Below are positions 1 to 9,214 of a DNA stretch of 64,000 bases, piece by piece. The notes beneath the pieces were generated by a model that worked only from the letters and a program-made list of their open reading frames with translations, did not search any database and was not told the DNA's origin. The DNA lies in the IMG/VR virus record IMGVR_UViG_3300044642_000188, one strand, 5' to 3'. How positions within the stretch are numbered: the stretch's first letter is position 1; every line of letters starts with the position of its first letter. Position numbers and translations under genes: made by a program. Source of the DNA: a virus. Lineage: Duplodnaviria; Heunggongvirae; Uroviricota; Caudoviricetes.

Positions 1-3000
1 CCTGTTGTAGATGTATATAATATATTTGCAGATTTCTTAGGGTCTTCCTTTTCAAATGTTTCCAAACTTGGATTTCCTGTAGCAACAATACCAGATTTCT
101 TTTCAACCTCTTGTTGTTGTCTACCTAATTGATCTGCAATCTTTTGTAACTTCTCTTGTTCACTTTCAACCTTATTAAATCCTGATAGCTTTCTAGTGTC
201 AATATTATAGATGTTACCATCTTTATCTTCCACCTTAGCTGTACCATCTTCATTTAATGCAACAATCTTCACCTTAGCTAAGCTAGCAAACTCTTCATCT
301 AAGTCTTTAGCAATCTCTTGAGCTTTCTCCTTTGTAGGATAGATTTCAAAAGTTCCATCAGGAGAGATAACTTGCCATCTGTCTTCTGCTAATCTATTAA
401 CCTTAGAAGGTCTAAGCTTAGCAACTTCGTATTCTCTGTTTAATTCTAAGTTCTCTCTCTTACCCTTTACATTAGTATATTGAGGAACTACAGCAGGAGT
501 AACCTCAGCTGCTGGAGCTTCTTCTTCTCCAGGAACAGTGGTTGGTGGTTCCTCAGAAGCTATTTCACTAGCTTCTTTAAAGAACTTCTCAAGACCTGAT
601 TCACTTGCTAATTCATCAAGTATGCTAGAAGCAGATCTCTTTAATCCAATAAGCTTGTTAATATCAACACCATATCCATATAACTCAGAAGCACGCTCCA
701 TACCCACAACATCATCCTTGGTACTATCTAGGTTATTTAACTCAAAGTTTAATAGAGAGTTAAACGTCTTCATGTCTAAATCTCTATTATTGATAGCAAG
801 GTTGATTCTCTCTGCACTTGTACGCAAAGCCTTAACCTGTGCTTTTATAGCCTTCTTATCTTCAGGACTTGTAAACTCAGTGATTGTTCTGTTTAACTGA
901 TTAGCTCTCTCTTCATAGTTACTACTTAATTCTCTTAAGCTAGTTGGATCGGTAAGCTTACCTAGTAAGTCATTGTTAATCAATGGATTAACACCAGCTA
1001 CAGTTTGAGAAATAGAAGATAGTCTATCATTTGCATCTGGAGCAACCATAGCATAGTATGCTAAGTTAGTCTTCCATTCATTAAAGACATCATGATTATT
1101 GGCAGCAACTGCTTCTTCAGGAGTTTTAGGATCTGTAATTTTTGCAAAAGGATTCTTAAACGTACTGTCTAATGAATCAACTGTAGACTTAATCTTGTTT
1201 GCATTTGAGATTAAATTGTCTACATACGCATCAACTGTATTCTTATTAGAAGTGTTGAAGTCCATTCCAAAGGTTTTCTCAAACTCTTCTTTGGACAAAT
1301 CTTTTAACATGTTCAATTGCTCAAGTGTAACGTCATGCATACCAGAAGGAATACGTGAGTTTACAAAGTTAAAGAACATGTCTTTCTTAAGGTTCTTATA
1401 CTTAAAGATGTTACCAGACTTAGCAGCTGCATCCATTTCTTTAGCTATGGCAGCTGAGTTTAGTGTATCAGTGTAGTTATCTTGTAACATTCCAGTGATA
1501 CCATATCTATTAAGCATATTGATGGTAGACTGTAATCTAGCATCAGCACCTTTACCTTTAACGCTATCAATTCTGCTCATGATGCCACCACTAATTAAAG
1601 CAGACAATGCACCAACAAACATATTTTCAAGACCCTCTTCTGAACCGTATTGATCAGCTAACCCTTTATTAGTAGAGTTGATAACTTCATTTAATTCGTT
1701 CCAGTTTTGTCTATTATTAGGGTCGTTAAGGTTTTTGTATTTTCTAGTGTAGTAATCAAACGTACCTCTTTCAGCAGCAAATTGTCCACCCTCTTCATAA
1801 ACACCTTCTGTAAAGATGTTAGCCACTTTAGGTTTTACAGATTCCCAAATTTTACCACGAAGAGTTTTAGCAGCCTTAGATTCAAATACATCTATACTAC
1901 CTTCTTTCAATCCAAACTTACCAATATCTTCTAGCTCTCTAGTTAATGAACCAGAGATGCCACTAGATGAAGCCTTACTAAATGATTTGAATAGGTTACC
2001 AAACTGTACAGCATTGGACACAGTGAGTAGTGCCATGTTAATACCAAATCTGGTATTCATAGCATTTGTTGCTAAATCTTCTATCTGTTTAGCATCTGCT
2101 CCTGTAGGTTCTTCACCAAGGTTTTCTAACTTATATTGATTGATTAAGTTTTCTCTAACTTGTTTGTAACCATCTCTAGCTTCAATAGCAGCTTCTGTTC
2201 TAGCAGAACCGTATATGTTTAGTGCATATCTAGCACCGTCTGTCACCTTTGTTGCAGCAGCAACTTCACCTAAACGTTTGATGTTTAGTATTTGCTTTTC
2301 TGTTTTACCAAGTTGAGTAGCTAAATTAAGAACTTCATCTAAGCGATTGGTTCCTGTAAATAATTTATTTAAATACAAAGAAGCTTTACCAATTTGAGCA
2401 GCAACTAATGGAATTGCACCAATACCTTCTGTCACAGCACCAATTGCTAAATCTTGAACTACTGCTCCACCAATAGCACCTGCTGTAAATCCTAGGTTCT
2501 TAATAATCTTATCTCCCCAGAAGTTTGCAGATCCTGGAGCAAATGGAAGAGCAGCTAAGAATGGACTTTCTTTTTCTCGTCTAGTGTAATAGTTAGGAAA
2601 TGAATCTTCAATATTCTTTAACCAAGTATCGATCTTAGATTCATAACCATCAGGTCCTCCAGATAACTCAGATAACTTACCTGTCTTTAATGCAGCCACT
2701 GTATTTGGTATTGTACCAAAACTTTGAAGAAATGTACCACCGCCAATTGCTGCAAATTTAACAACACCATTAGCTAATTGATCTGCCCAACTTTGTTGTA
2801 ATCCAGCTACGTTTTCTAAATCTCTATTTCTTTCATATATATTGTAACGTTGATTAGCTAGAAGTTCACTTCTAGGAATCATTTGTACAGGAGAGTTAAA
2901 TGTATTTTGATTTGTAGGAATACGTGAAAAGTCTGATAATTGGTCAATAGTTAAACCAGAAGATCTACTAGGACCTCCAATAGCAAAGTCTTCAAAACCT

Positions 3001-3110
3001 CCTAGACTCACATCAACCTTTCTGGTCTCTGGAGAACGCAGATCCATTTCAGGTTTACCATAATCTCTATTAGAAGTATTGTCAATAAGCTCTTTATCAA
3101 AAATTGCCAT
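1..3110 (-). CDS. Very large virion protein, 5'-partial in the window (over 1036 aa visible, C-terminus lies beyond position 1). It has Gly-rich hydrophobic stretches. Probably an ejected or internal cargo protein.
   Basis: ATG at 3110..3108 on the minus strand. By manual translation the reading frame stays open to position 1. The ORF track omitted it because there is no in-window stop. It carries a Gly/Ala/Ile-rich segment (GFTAGAIGGAVVQDLAIGAVTEGIGAIPLVAAQIG). It is tightly packed against the upstream 901-aa gene. Confidence 0.6.
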   Translation of the reverse strand, partial: MAIFDKELIDNTSNRDYGKPEMDLRSPETRKVDVSLGGFEDFAIGGPSRSSGLTIDQLSDFSRIPTNQNTFNSPVQMIPRSELLANQRYNIYERNRDLENVAGLQQSWADQLANGVVKFAAIGGGTFLQSFGTIPNTVAALKTGKLSELSGGPDGYESKIDTWLKNIEDSFPNYYTRREKESPFLAALPFAPGSANFWGDKIIKNLGFTAGAIGGAVVQDLAIGAVTEGIGAIPLVAAQIGKASLYLNKLFTGTNRLDEVLNLATQLGKTEKQILNIKRLGEVAAATKVTDGARYALNIYGSARTEAAIEARDGYKQVRENLINQYKLENLGEEPTGADAKQIEDLATNAMNTRFGINMALLTVSNAVQFGNLFKSFSKASSSGISGSLTRELEDIGKFGLKEGSIDVFESKAAKTLRGKIWESVKPKVANIFTEGVYEEGGQFAAERGTFDYYTRKYKNLNDPNNRQNWNELNEVINSTNKGLADQYGSEEGLENMFVGALSALISGGIMSRIDSVKGKGADARLQSTINMLNRYGITGMLQDNYTDTLNSAAIAKEMDAAAKSGNIFKYKNLKKDMFFNFVNSRIPSGMHDVTLEQLNMLKDLSKEEFEKTFGMDFNTSNKNTVDAYVDNLISNANKIKSTVDSLDSTFKNPFAKITDPKTPEEAVAANNHDVFNEWKTNLAYYAMVAPDANDRLSSISQTVAGVNPLINNDLLGKLTDPTSLRELSSNYEERANQLNRTITEFTSPEDKKAIKAQVKALRTSAERINLAINNRDLDMKTFNSLLNFELNNLDSTKDDVVGMERASELYGYGVDINKLIGLKRSASSILDELASESGLEKFFKEASEIASEEPPTTVPGEEEAPAAEVTPAVVPQYTNVKGKRENLELNREYEVAKLRPSKVNRLAEDRWQVISPDGTFEIYPTKEKAQEIAKDLDEEFASLAKVKIVALNEDGTAKVEDKDGNIYNIDTRKLSGFNKVESEQEKLQKIADQLGRQQQEVEKKSGIVATGNPSLETFEKEDPKKSANILYTSTT

Positions 3111-3122
3111 TATCGCTTAATT

Positions 3123-5828
3123 TTATTTTTGTTTTAATAAACTTTGAACTGTAGCAGGTCCTATGTTATTAAGAATTCCTAATACACCATCTTCAGTCAC
3201 ATAACCTTGTTGATTCAATATTGCATCTTTCCAAACACCATTATCATTAAAGTACATTCTCACTTGAAACTTATCACTTGCACCACCTGTGTTATTTGTA
3301 CTACCCTCTATATCAATTCTTGTTTTTCCAGCTAAAGGAGTATTAGCAAGACCCCCAATAGAATATCCTGTCATGTAAGCATTAACGGCTTCTTGTTTAC
3401 CACTTAAATTTGTAGTGCGACTAGGAGAACCCATGATTGCATATTTAAAGTTGTTTGCAGGACTGTTTACAGCATAATCAGGAAAGAAAGCAGAGAACTC
3501 AGAAGCGTTCATAGGAATAACTTGTTTAGTTTTTCCATTATTCATAATTACATTAGCACTACCATCATACTTCTTTTCTATAGTATATTTTGTTTGTGAA
3601 TCTTTTTGTAATTCTGCAATTGTTTCAGGCTTAAATAGATTTTTGTTTTGAACATCAACTTGACCATTTTGTCCATATTCAAAAAACTTATTACCTATTA
3701 AATTTTCCACACGTGCCTTAATAACAGCATCACCCATATTGATTGTACCAACTGTAGTCTGTACTTCTGGCATACTCTTAGCTAGTACCTTTGATTCATA
3801 TTGTAGTTTTTGATTAACTACTTCCTTCAACACAGGTTGATATTTTATACTAATTTCCTTAGCTCTATTGACCATTTGTTGTTCCTGAGCTGTTACAGGT
3901 TGATTAGTCTGAATTTTATTATAAGCAATTGCAAGAGGTTCGTATTTGGTTCCTTTGTATCTTTTTAAAAATTCTGCAGAATTAAACTTAAAGCTTCCTA
4001 CCTCACCTTTATTACGAGGCATTCTAATTTCCATAAAGTCATCAGCAGTATTTGACATATTAAAAAGTTCTTCTGGACTATATAGTTGTTGACCATTTGG
4101 AAGATTAATACCTTTTTCCTTAGTTAAAGCATCTTTAATTACACTATCAAACTGTTGAGAACCGTTTCTAACAGTTAAAAATAAGTTACCCTTTTGAGCA
4201 AGATCTATGTCAAACCCTCTTCTTCTTTCAACATATTCTCTTTGAGCATTGTCTTTAATTGCTTTTGGATTAATGTTATAGTCAGAGTTTAGTTTATTTA
4301 ATGCAGCTTGTCTTTCTGATATATATTCTGTTACAGTCTTTCCGTCTTTAACAGTTGTAGTTTTTATTGTTTTATTATTTGATAAATTAGGAAACAATTG
4401 GTTAGCATACTGAGCATCTAATGTTTTTATAGCCGTTTCTGTTGCTTTAATGTCATTACTTAAATCATTGAGAGTTGGAAGTTTAACATCTGTTCCTAAA
4501 CCACCAGGTGTAGTGATAGGTTGTAATGCTCTTTTCTTAGCCTCTTCTTGAGTTCTTTCGTAGATTTTCTTTTCCTCATCAGAGTTAAACTTTGCTATAG
4601 CAAGAGCATGAGTTGCTGCCCATTCGCTATGTTCTTGTCTAGCTTTATTAACTTGGAACTGTAGCTTTTGCTTTTCCATATCTGCTTGTTGATATGGATT
4701 GGTCATTATTTCTACAATTTTACTTTCGTTTGCTAAATCTTTTGCAAGGTTGGTTAAATACTTTTCACTATATAAAGCATACTTATACTGAGTTAAATCT
4801 TTTATGTTATCTATCTCAGCAGTCTTTTTAGCCATTTGATTTTCAAATGTACCATCAGTTAATTTCTTATTAGCTGTAGTGATGTTTGCTTCGATGTCTG
4901 ATCTTTCAGCAGCTGTTAAATTGTTATCAGTCTTTAATCTAACTGCCCAATCAACCACTTGCTCAGAAAGCATTTGCTTAGCAGTGTTGTAAGTATTAAC
5001 TATATCATTTTTAAATGTATCCTTTGTAGCTCCTCGATAATGATAGTTGCCTGTTATCTTTAACTGTCGCTTATCATTTTCACTTAAGCTATCGTAGAAG
5101 TTGTTTAATATCTTTTGAGCTCCTATTCCTTTTGTCTTGATGCGTTTCATAGCATCATCTATCTCAGGAGTACCACTCTTTGGATCCAGGGATACGTTTG
5201 TTTTAATAACGTTTCCTTTGGCATCTTTAACAGTGCTATAGTATAATGTACGACCATCAGCATCTGTCTTAAATGGAATATCTACAGAGTTTTCAGCTTC
5301 CTTAAGTTTACTAGCAAGGTCTCTTAATTGTTTGTCAAGGTCTGTATATTCTACAAACTCACCATTGAAAGTGGTTTGTGCATTACCATCATTTATCCAA
5401 GAGCTAATTTCATCATTTGCCCAAACCTCATTCTCAATACCGCTCTTACCTGCTTTCTTAGCAGCCTCCATATCACCTTGTACCTTTCTAACTCTTTGGG
5501 TAGAATATACAGCATTCTGAACGGTAGGGTCTTTGATTATCTGAGTGGTCATACCGCCAATAGAATTAACTAACTGTTGGTTAGAGAAGTCTCCAGCAGC
5601 TACCGTTTTAAGTTTACCCCCTAGCTCATTAAGTTTAGATTGGATGTATTCTTTATGAATAGGCTTGATTACATCCAAACCAGCTATATTATCTATGTAG
5701 CTTTGGATCTTTTCTACACCCTCGTCATATTTAGCTTGCCTACGCATGCCAACCTGAACCATTGCCTCAACAGGCAATTGTTGTACGTAGGGATTAAATT
5801 TCGTTATTTGGTCGGTAAATGATGCCAT
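3123..5828 (-). CDS. Large virion or cargo protein (901 aa), predicted coiled-coil rich. Function unknown.
   Basis: Long uninterrupted ORF in the late operon between two other giant ORFs. Composition is rich in K/E/Q/N. Confidence 0.6.
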   Translation of the reverse strand: MASFTDQITKFNPYVQQLPVEAMVQVGMRRQAKYDEGVEKIQSYIDNIAGLDVIKPIHKEYIQSKLNELGGKLKTVAAGDFSNQQLVNSIGGMTTQIIKDPTVQNAVYSTQRVRKVQGDMEAAKKAGKSGIENEVWANDEISSWINDGNAQTTFNGEFVEYTDLDKQLRDLASKLKEAENSVDIPFKTDADGRTLYYSTVKDAKGNVIKTNVSLDPKSGTPEIDDAMKRIKTKGIGAQKILNNFYDSLSENDKRQLKITGNYHYRGATKDTFKNDIVNTYNTAKQMLSEQVVDWAVRLKTDNNLTAAERSDIEANITTANKKLTDGTFENQMAKKTAEIDNIKDLTQYKYALYSEKYLTNLAKDLANESKIVEIMTNPYQQADMEKQKLQFQVNKARQEHSEWAATHALAIAKFNSDEEKKIYERTQEEAKKRALQPITTPGGLGTDVKLPTLNDLSNDIKATETAIKTLDAQYANQLFPNLSNNKTIKTTTVKDGKTVTEYISERQAALNKLNSDYNINPKAIKDNAQREYVERRRGFDIDLAQKGNLFLTVRNGSQQFDSVIKDALTKEKGINLPNGQQLYSPEELFNMSNTADDFMEIRMPRNKGEVGSFKFNSAEFLKRYKGTKYEPLAIAYNKIQTNQPVTAQEQQMVNRAKEISIKYQPVLKEVVNQKLQYESKVLAKSMPEVQTTVGTINMGDAVIKARVENLIGNKFFEYGQNGQVDVQNKNLFKPETIAELQKDSQTKYTIEKKYDGSANVIMNNGKTKQVIPMNASEFSAFFPDYAVNSPANNFKYAIMGSPSRTTNLSGKQEAVNAYMTGYSIGGLANTPLAGKTRIDIEGSTNNTGGASDKFQVRMYFNDNGVWKDAILNQQGYVTEDGVLGILNNIGPATVQSLLKQK

Positions 5829-5914
5829 GATAATATGATTAGCAAATGTAATTTAAATTATTATATATACCAAGAGTTCTAATGATTTTTGTTAATCTGG
5901 TATAATTGAATTAG

Positions 5915-8900
5915 TTAGAGATTTTTAATAGCTTTTACAATGTTACCATTTTTTGCCTTCTGTTTGTACGCAACCACCTCTTTGTTATCCTTGTCATACA
6001 CAGGAAGAACATCTGTATTGCTTATTCCTGAAGGTTTACCTAATGCAGTTGGAATAGTAAATCTAGCTAAAGGATTCATATTAATAAGTCTACCCTGATT
6101 GTCATATCTGAATTTGTATTCATTTTCATATATACCCAATGTTCTATTCTCTCTTCTGTTCTCAAGGTACTTCTGACTAATAGAGTTAAGTGCTTCTCTT
6201 CTTTGGGCTTTAGTATTAGATCTAGCTTGTGATTGTCTCACTTGTTGAGTGTCACTAATAACTGCATTCTTAAGGTCATACTCATTCAACAATTGTCTAT
6301 TTGCATCAAACACTCTTGACTTCTCTTCTTTATTCATCTGAGATTCTTTTCCTAAAATCTCAGAGTTAGCAGCATACTTTTGAGCAGCTAACAAAGACTG
6401 AGCAGCAGGATTGTATCCTACGTTTCTAATAAGAGCATTGTAATCTGCCTGATTGGCATTAAGTGAACTCTGTAATGATATATCAATTGGTGAGCCTAGT
6501 CTAGGTTGTAGAGTTTGTGCAAACACTGGATCCACCTGATTATCAGCTAATGCATCCATCTCTCCAGCTAACTGTGTAGGATCTAAATCCATTTGATTTG
6601 TAGGTCTTAAATAAGGCAACAACTCAGAAGCTAACATAGAATTATCACCAATGTTTTTATTGATAAAATCACCAATTCTAGTAAACATAAAATCCTTTTT
6701 AATATCTTCTTCATCAGGACCAATAGGAACTGGTAACATACTTCCAGTTGGTTGGAAACCAGGAGAACCAGCATTAGACATATTTAAAGCAGAAGGAGCA
6801 TTAAGTGCTGACACTGTAGGAAATCCTGCACCAACATTATAATTAACAGCTGGAACGTTTTGATATAAATAATCAGGAGGATTGTACATAAACCCTGGTC
6901 TTAATGGGAAGTTAGCAACTGGTTGTTGAGGTACAATACTTCTTATTAATTTTTGCATAGGACTAGCTACACGAGATGATGGTCTTCTTAAGTTCATTAA
7001 TGAAGGAGTTTCGTACCAAGAAGAAGAAGCGTTGTTAGGTATGTTTAAAGGAGTTGGAGCATTAAGTGCTGCTACAATACCATATTGAGCCATAGGTACA
7101 TCAGACTCAACCTTTCCTTTCTTAATTTTAACACTTCCTTTTATAACATCATTATTGAATTTATCTACATCCTCATATCCAAACTCAGGAGCTGTAGCAT
7201 GTATAGACTGTTGTAAGTCACCAAGCTTTTGTTTCTTTTCAGCAATATCTTTTAGTTGCATGTTAGCACCAATAAGATTTGCTTGTAAAGAGTCTGCCTC
7301 TAATCTATCAAATGGTGTTAACACTTCTAGATCATCTATTTTTTTAGTTGACTTATCTATTAGCTTAGTTTGTTTAGCTTCTGTCTTAGTTAGGTCAGTG
7401 GCATAAGTTTTAAACTTCTTACCCTTAGCCTTTTTTTCAAACTCGTCTAAAGCATAATTAGGTATCTTCATGTTACCAAACACCACTAGATTGTCTTCCC
7501 CTGTACCACCATCTTTTAGCTTAACCATAGGTTCACCTCTTTCTACTTCTACAGGATTGTCACCAAAGGTAATACCAATACCTGTGTTACCCTTACCATC
7601 ACTCTCTGCGTGAGATTGTCCTCTAGGCATCACTGTAACACCACCATCTGGTAGATAAGGGTTTTGAGATATAGGCTCCATGTATCCACCCCAATGGGTT
7701 TCAAGTTCACCACCCATATCATATGTTTCCATAGCTCTTTCACTAGGAGGAGTGTATTCTTTTAAATGACCACCAGCACGTAACATCTGTGCATCATGAG
7801 GAGGTTTAAGAAGATCTTTCATTTTATATTCACCAAAACTAGCAATCACTTGTGGCTGCCAATCATTACTTACCCATCCACCGTCTTCCATGAATCCACT
7901 ATAGTTAGATTGGATTGATTGAGCACCTTGTTGTAATGCTGAGCTCATAATGTTATTTTGTGATTCTTCTTGAAGTCTTGCTGTTTCTTTTGCACTCTTA
8001 CCACCAATAGCACCACCAATTAATCCACCAACAGCAGATCCAATAACTGTACCTACACCAGGGATAACACTTCCTGCAATACCACCGAGTGTAGAACCAA
8101 TCTTACCAGCTCCGCCAGCTTGATTGAATTTACCACCACCAACAAGACTACCTAAACCACCACCTAGTTGACCAGCAATACCTGCACCAACTTGGGCTTT
8201 ATTTAACTTACCACCTTTCTTGTATTGTTTAACCTTACTATCATTTAGTGGTTCATATTCAAGATTTGTATAAATTACATTTGGAGCAAATGTATTTTGA
8301 ATCTCAGTTGGATTACCTCCAATACCACCACCATCTTGCATTATTAAAGGAGTGGTTCCTTCACCATAAGGATTACCTAACTCTCCTGGTTGAACAGACA
8401 TATCCTCAGGTCTAACATATTTACGTTTGCTTATTTCTGATCTTGTACCAGCAGCCTTACCAACTACACCAGTTAATGCAGCTGATTGTTTTGCCGTTTG
8501 TTTTTGTCTTTTTTCATCCCTAAGCATATTAATACCCTGTAGGATATTACCAGCATTGTTTATCACACCAGAACCAATCTGACTACCTAAAGATGGTGGT
8601 GGTGCTGGTAACATAGATGGAGAAATATTTAAACCTGCAGCTTGACTAGTTGCATTTTGTTGAAACGGTTGACTGCTTAACCTATTTCCAATATTGGTCA
8701 TGTTAGCAGCAGGTGCATTAGTAGGAGTTCTTGTAGGCATGGGTTGTGCAGCAACTCTACCACCTCCTTGCATTTGCATTAGTTGTGGAAGTACATCTTC
8801 ACCTACATCCTCCCAATTTATATTTCTCATTCCTGTAGTTCCTGCATTAAAAGCATAAGGACTTTGTTGTGCACCAGCTGCAGGAGGTTGAACATTCTGT

Positions 8901-9196
8901 ACTCTCATTGGAGCAGGAGTACCTGTAACACTAGCATCTGCTTCATCAGCAAAATCACCATATTTAAAATTGGCAGTTTTATAAGTGTCACCGCCTATGT
9001 ATGTACCAACTTCAGCTTGTGGAGGATTAGCAAAGTCAGTTAATTGTGTTAACTGTTTAGCAACCATTGTCTTACCCATAGCAGCTTTTTTAAATGCTTT
9101 ACCATGAGCTTTCATAAATGCTGCTTCTGTAGGATACTTCTTATAGAATTCCTTTTCAGATTTAACTTTTGCGATCTTTAGGATTTGATCTTTCAT
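5915..9196 (-). CDS. Large virion or cargo protein (1093 aa) with a long Gly-rich segment.
   Basis: Roughly 70 residues of GxGxxG-type Gly-rich sequence (GAGIAGQLGGGLGSLVGGG...GGLIGGAIGG). It contains a DGGWVS motif related to the GGWLSKF motifs in the neighbouring protein. A Pro/Gln/Ala-rich segment follows the N-terminal region. Confidence 0.6.
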   Translation of the reverse strand: MKDQILKIAKVKSEKEFYKKYPTEAAFMKAHGKAFKKAAMGKTMVAKQLTQLTDFANPPQAEVGTYIGGDTYKTANFKYGDFADEADASVTGTPAPMRVQNVQPPAAGAQQSPYAFNAGTTGMRNINWEDVGEDVLPQLMQMQGGGRVAAQPMPTRTPTNAPAANMTNIGNRLSSQPFQQNATSQAAGLNISPSMLPAPPPSLGSQIGSGVINNAGNILQGINMLRDEKRQKQTAKQSAALTGVVGKAAGTRSEISKRKYVRPEDMSVQPGELGNPYGEGTTPLIMQDGGGIGGNPTEIQNTFAPNVIYTNLEYEPLNDSKVKQYKKGGKLNKAQVGAGIAGQLGGGLGSLVGGGKFNQAGGAGKIGSTLGGIAGSVIPGVGTVIGSAVGGLIGGAIGGKSAKETARLQEESQNNIMSSALQQGAQSIQSNYSGFMEDGGWVSNDWQPQVIASFGEYKMKDLLKPPHDAQMLRAGGHLKEYTPPSERAMETYDMGGELETHWGGYMEPISQNPYLPDGGVTVMPRGQSHAESDGKGNTGIGITFGDNPVEVERGEPMVKLKDGGTGEDNLVVFGNMKIPNYALDEFEKKAKGKKFKTYATDLTKTEAKQTKLIDKSTKKIDDLEVLTPFDRLEADSLQANLIGANMQLKDIAEKKQKLGDLQQSIHATAPEFGYEDVDKFNNDVIKGSVKIKKGKVESDVPMAQYGIVAALNAPTPLNIPNNASSSWYETPSLMNLRRPSSRVASPMQKLIRSIVPQQPVANFPLRPGFMYNPPDYLYQNVPAVNYNVGAGFPTVSALNAPSALNMSNAGSPGFQPTGSMLPVPIGPDEEDIKKDFMFTRIGDFINKNIGDNSMLASELLPYLRPTNQMDLDPTQLAGEMDALADNQVDPVFAQTLQPRLGSPIDISLQSSLNANQADYNALIRNVGYNPAAQSLLAAQKYAANSEILGKESQMNKEEKSRVFDANRQLLNEYDLKNAVISDTQQVRQSQARSNTKAQRREALNSISQKYLENRRENRTLGIYENEYKFRYDNQGRLINMNPLARFTIPTALGKPSGISNTDVLPVYDKDNKEVVAYKQKAKNGNIVKAIKNL

Positions 9197-9214
9197 ATTG
9201 AACGTTTGTGTGTT

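Noticed and set aside
538-2139. Four plus-strand ORFs (538..900, 1099..1476, 1707..1934, 1816..2139).
   Set aside because: All lie antisense to the long uninterrupted minus-strand ORF that spans 1..3110. They are low-complexity translations without start context.
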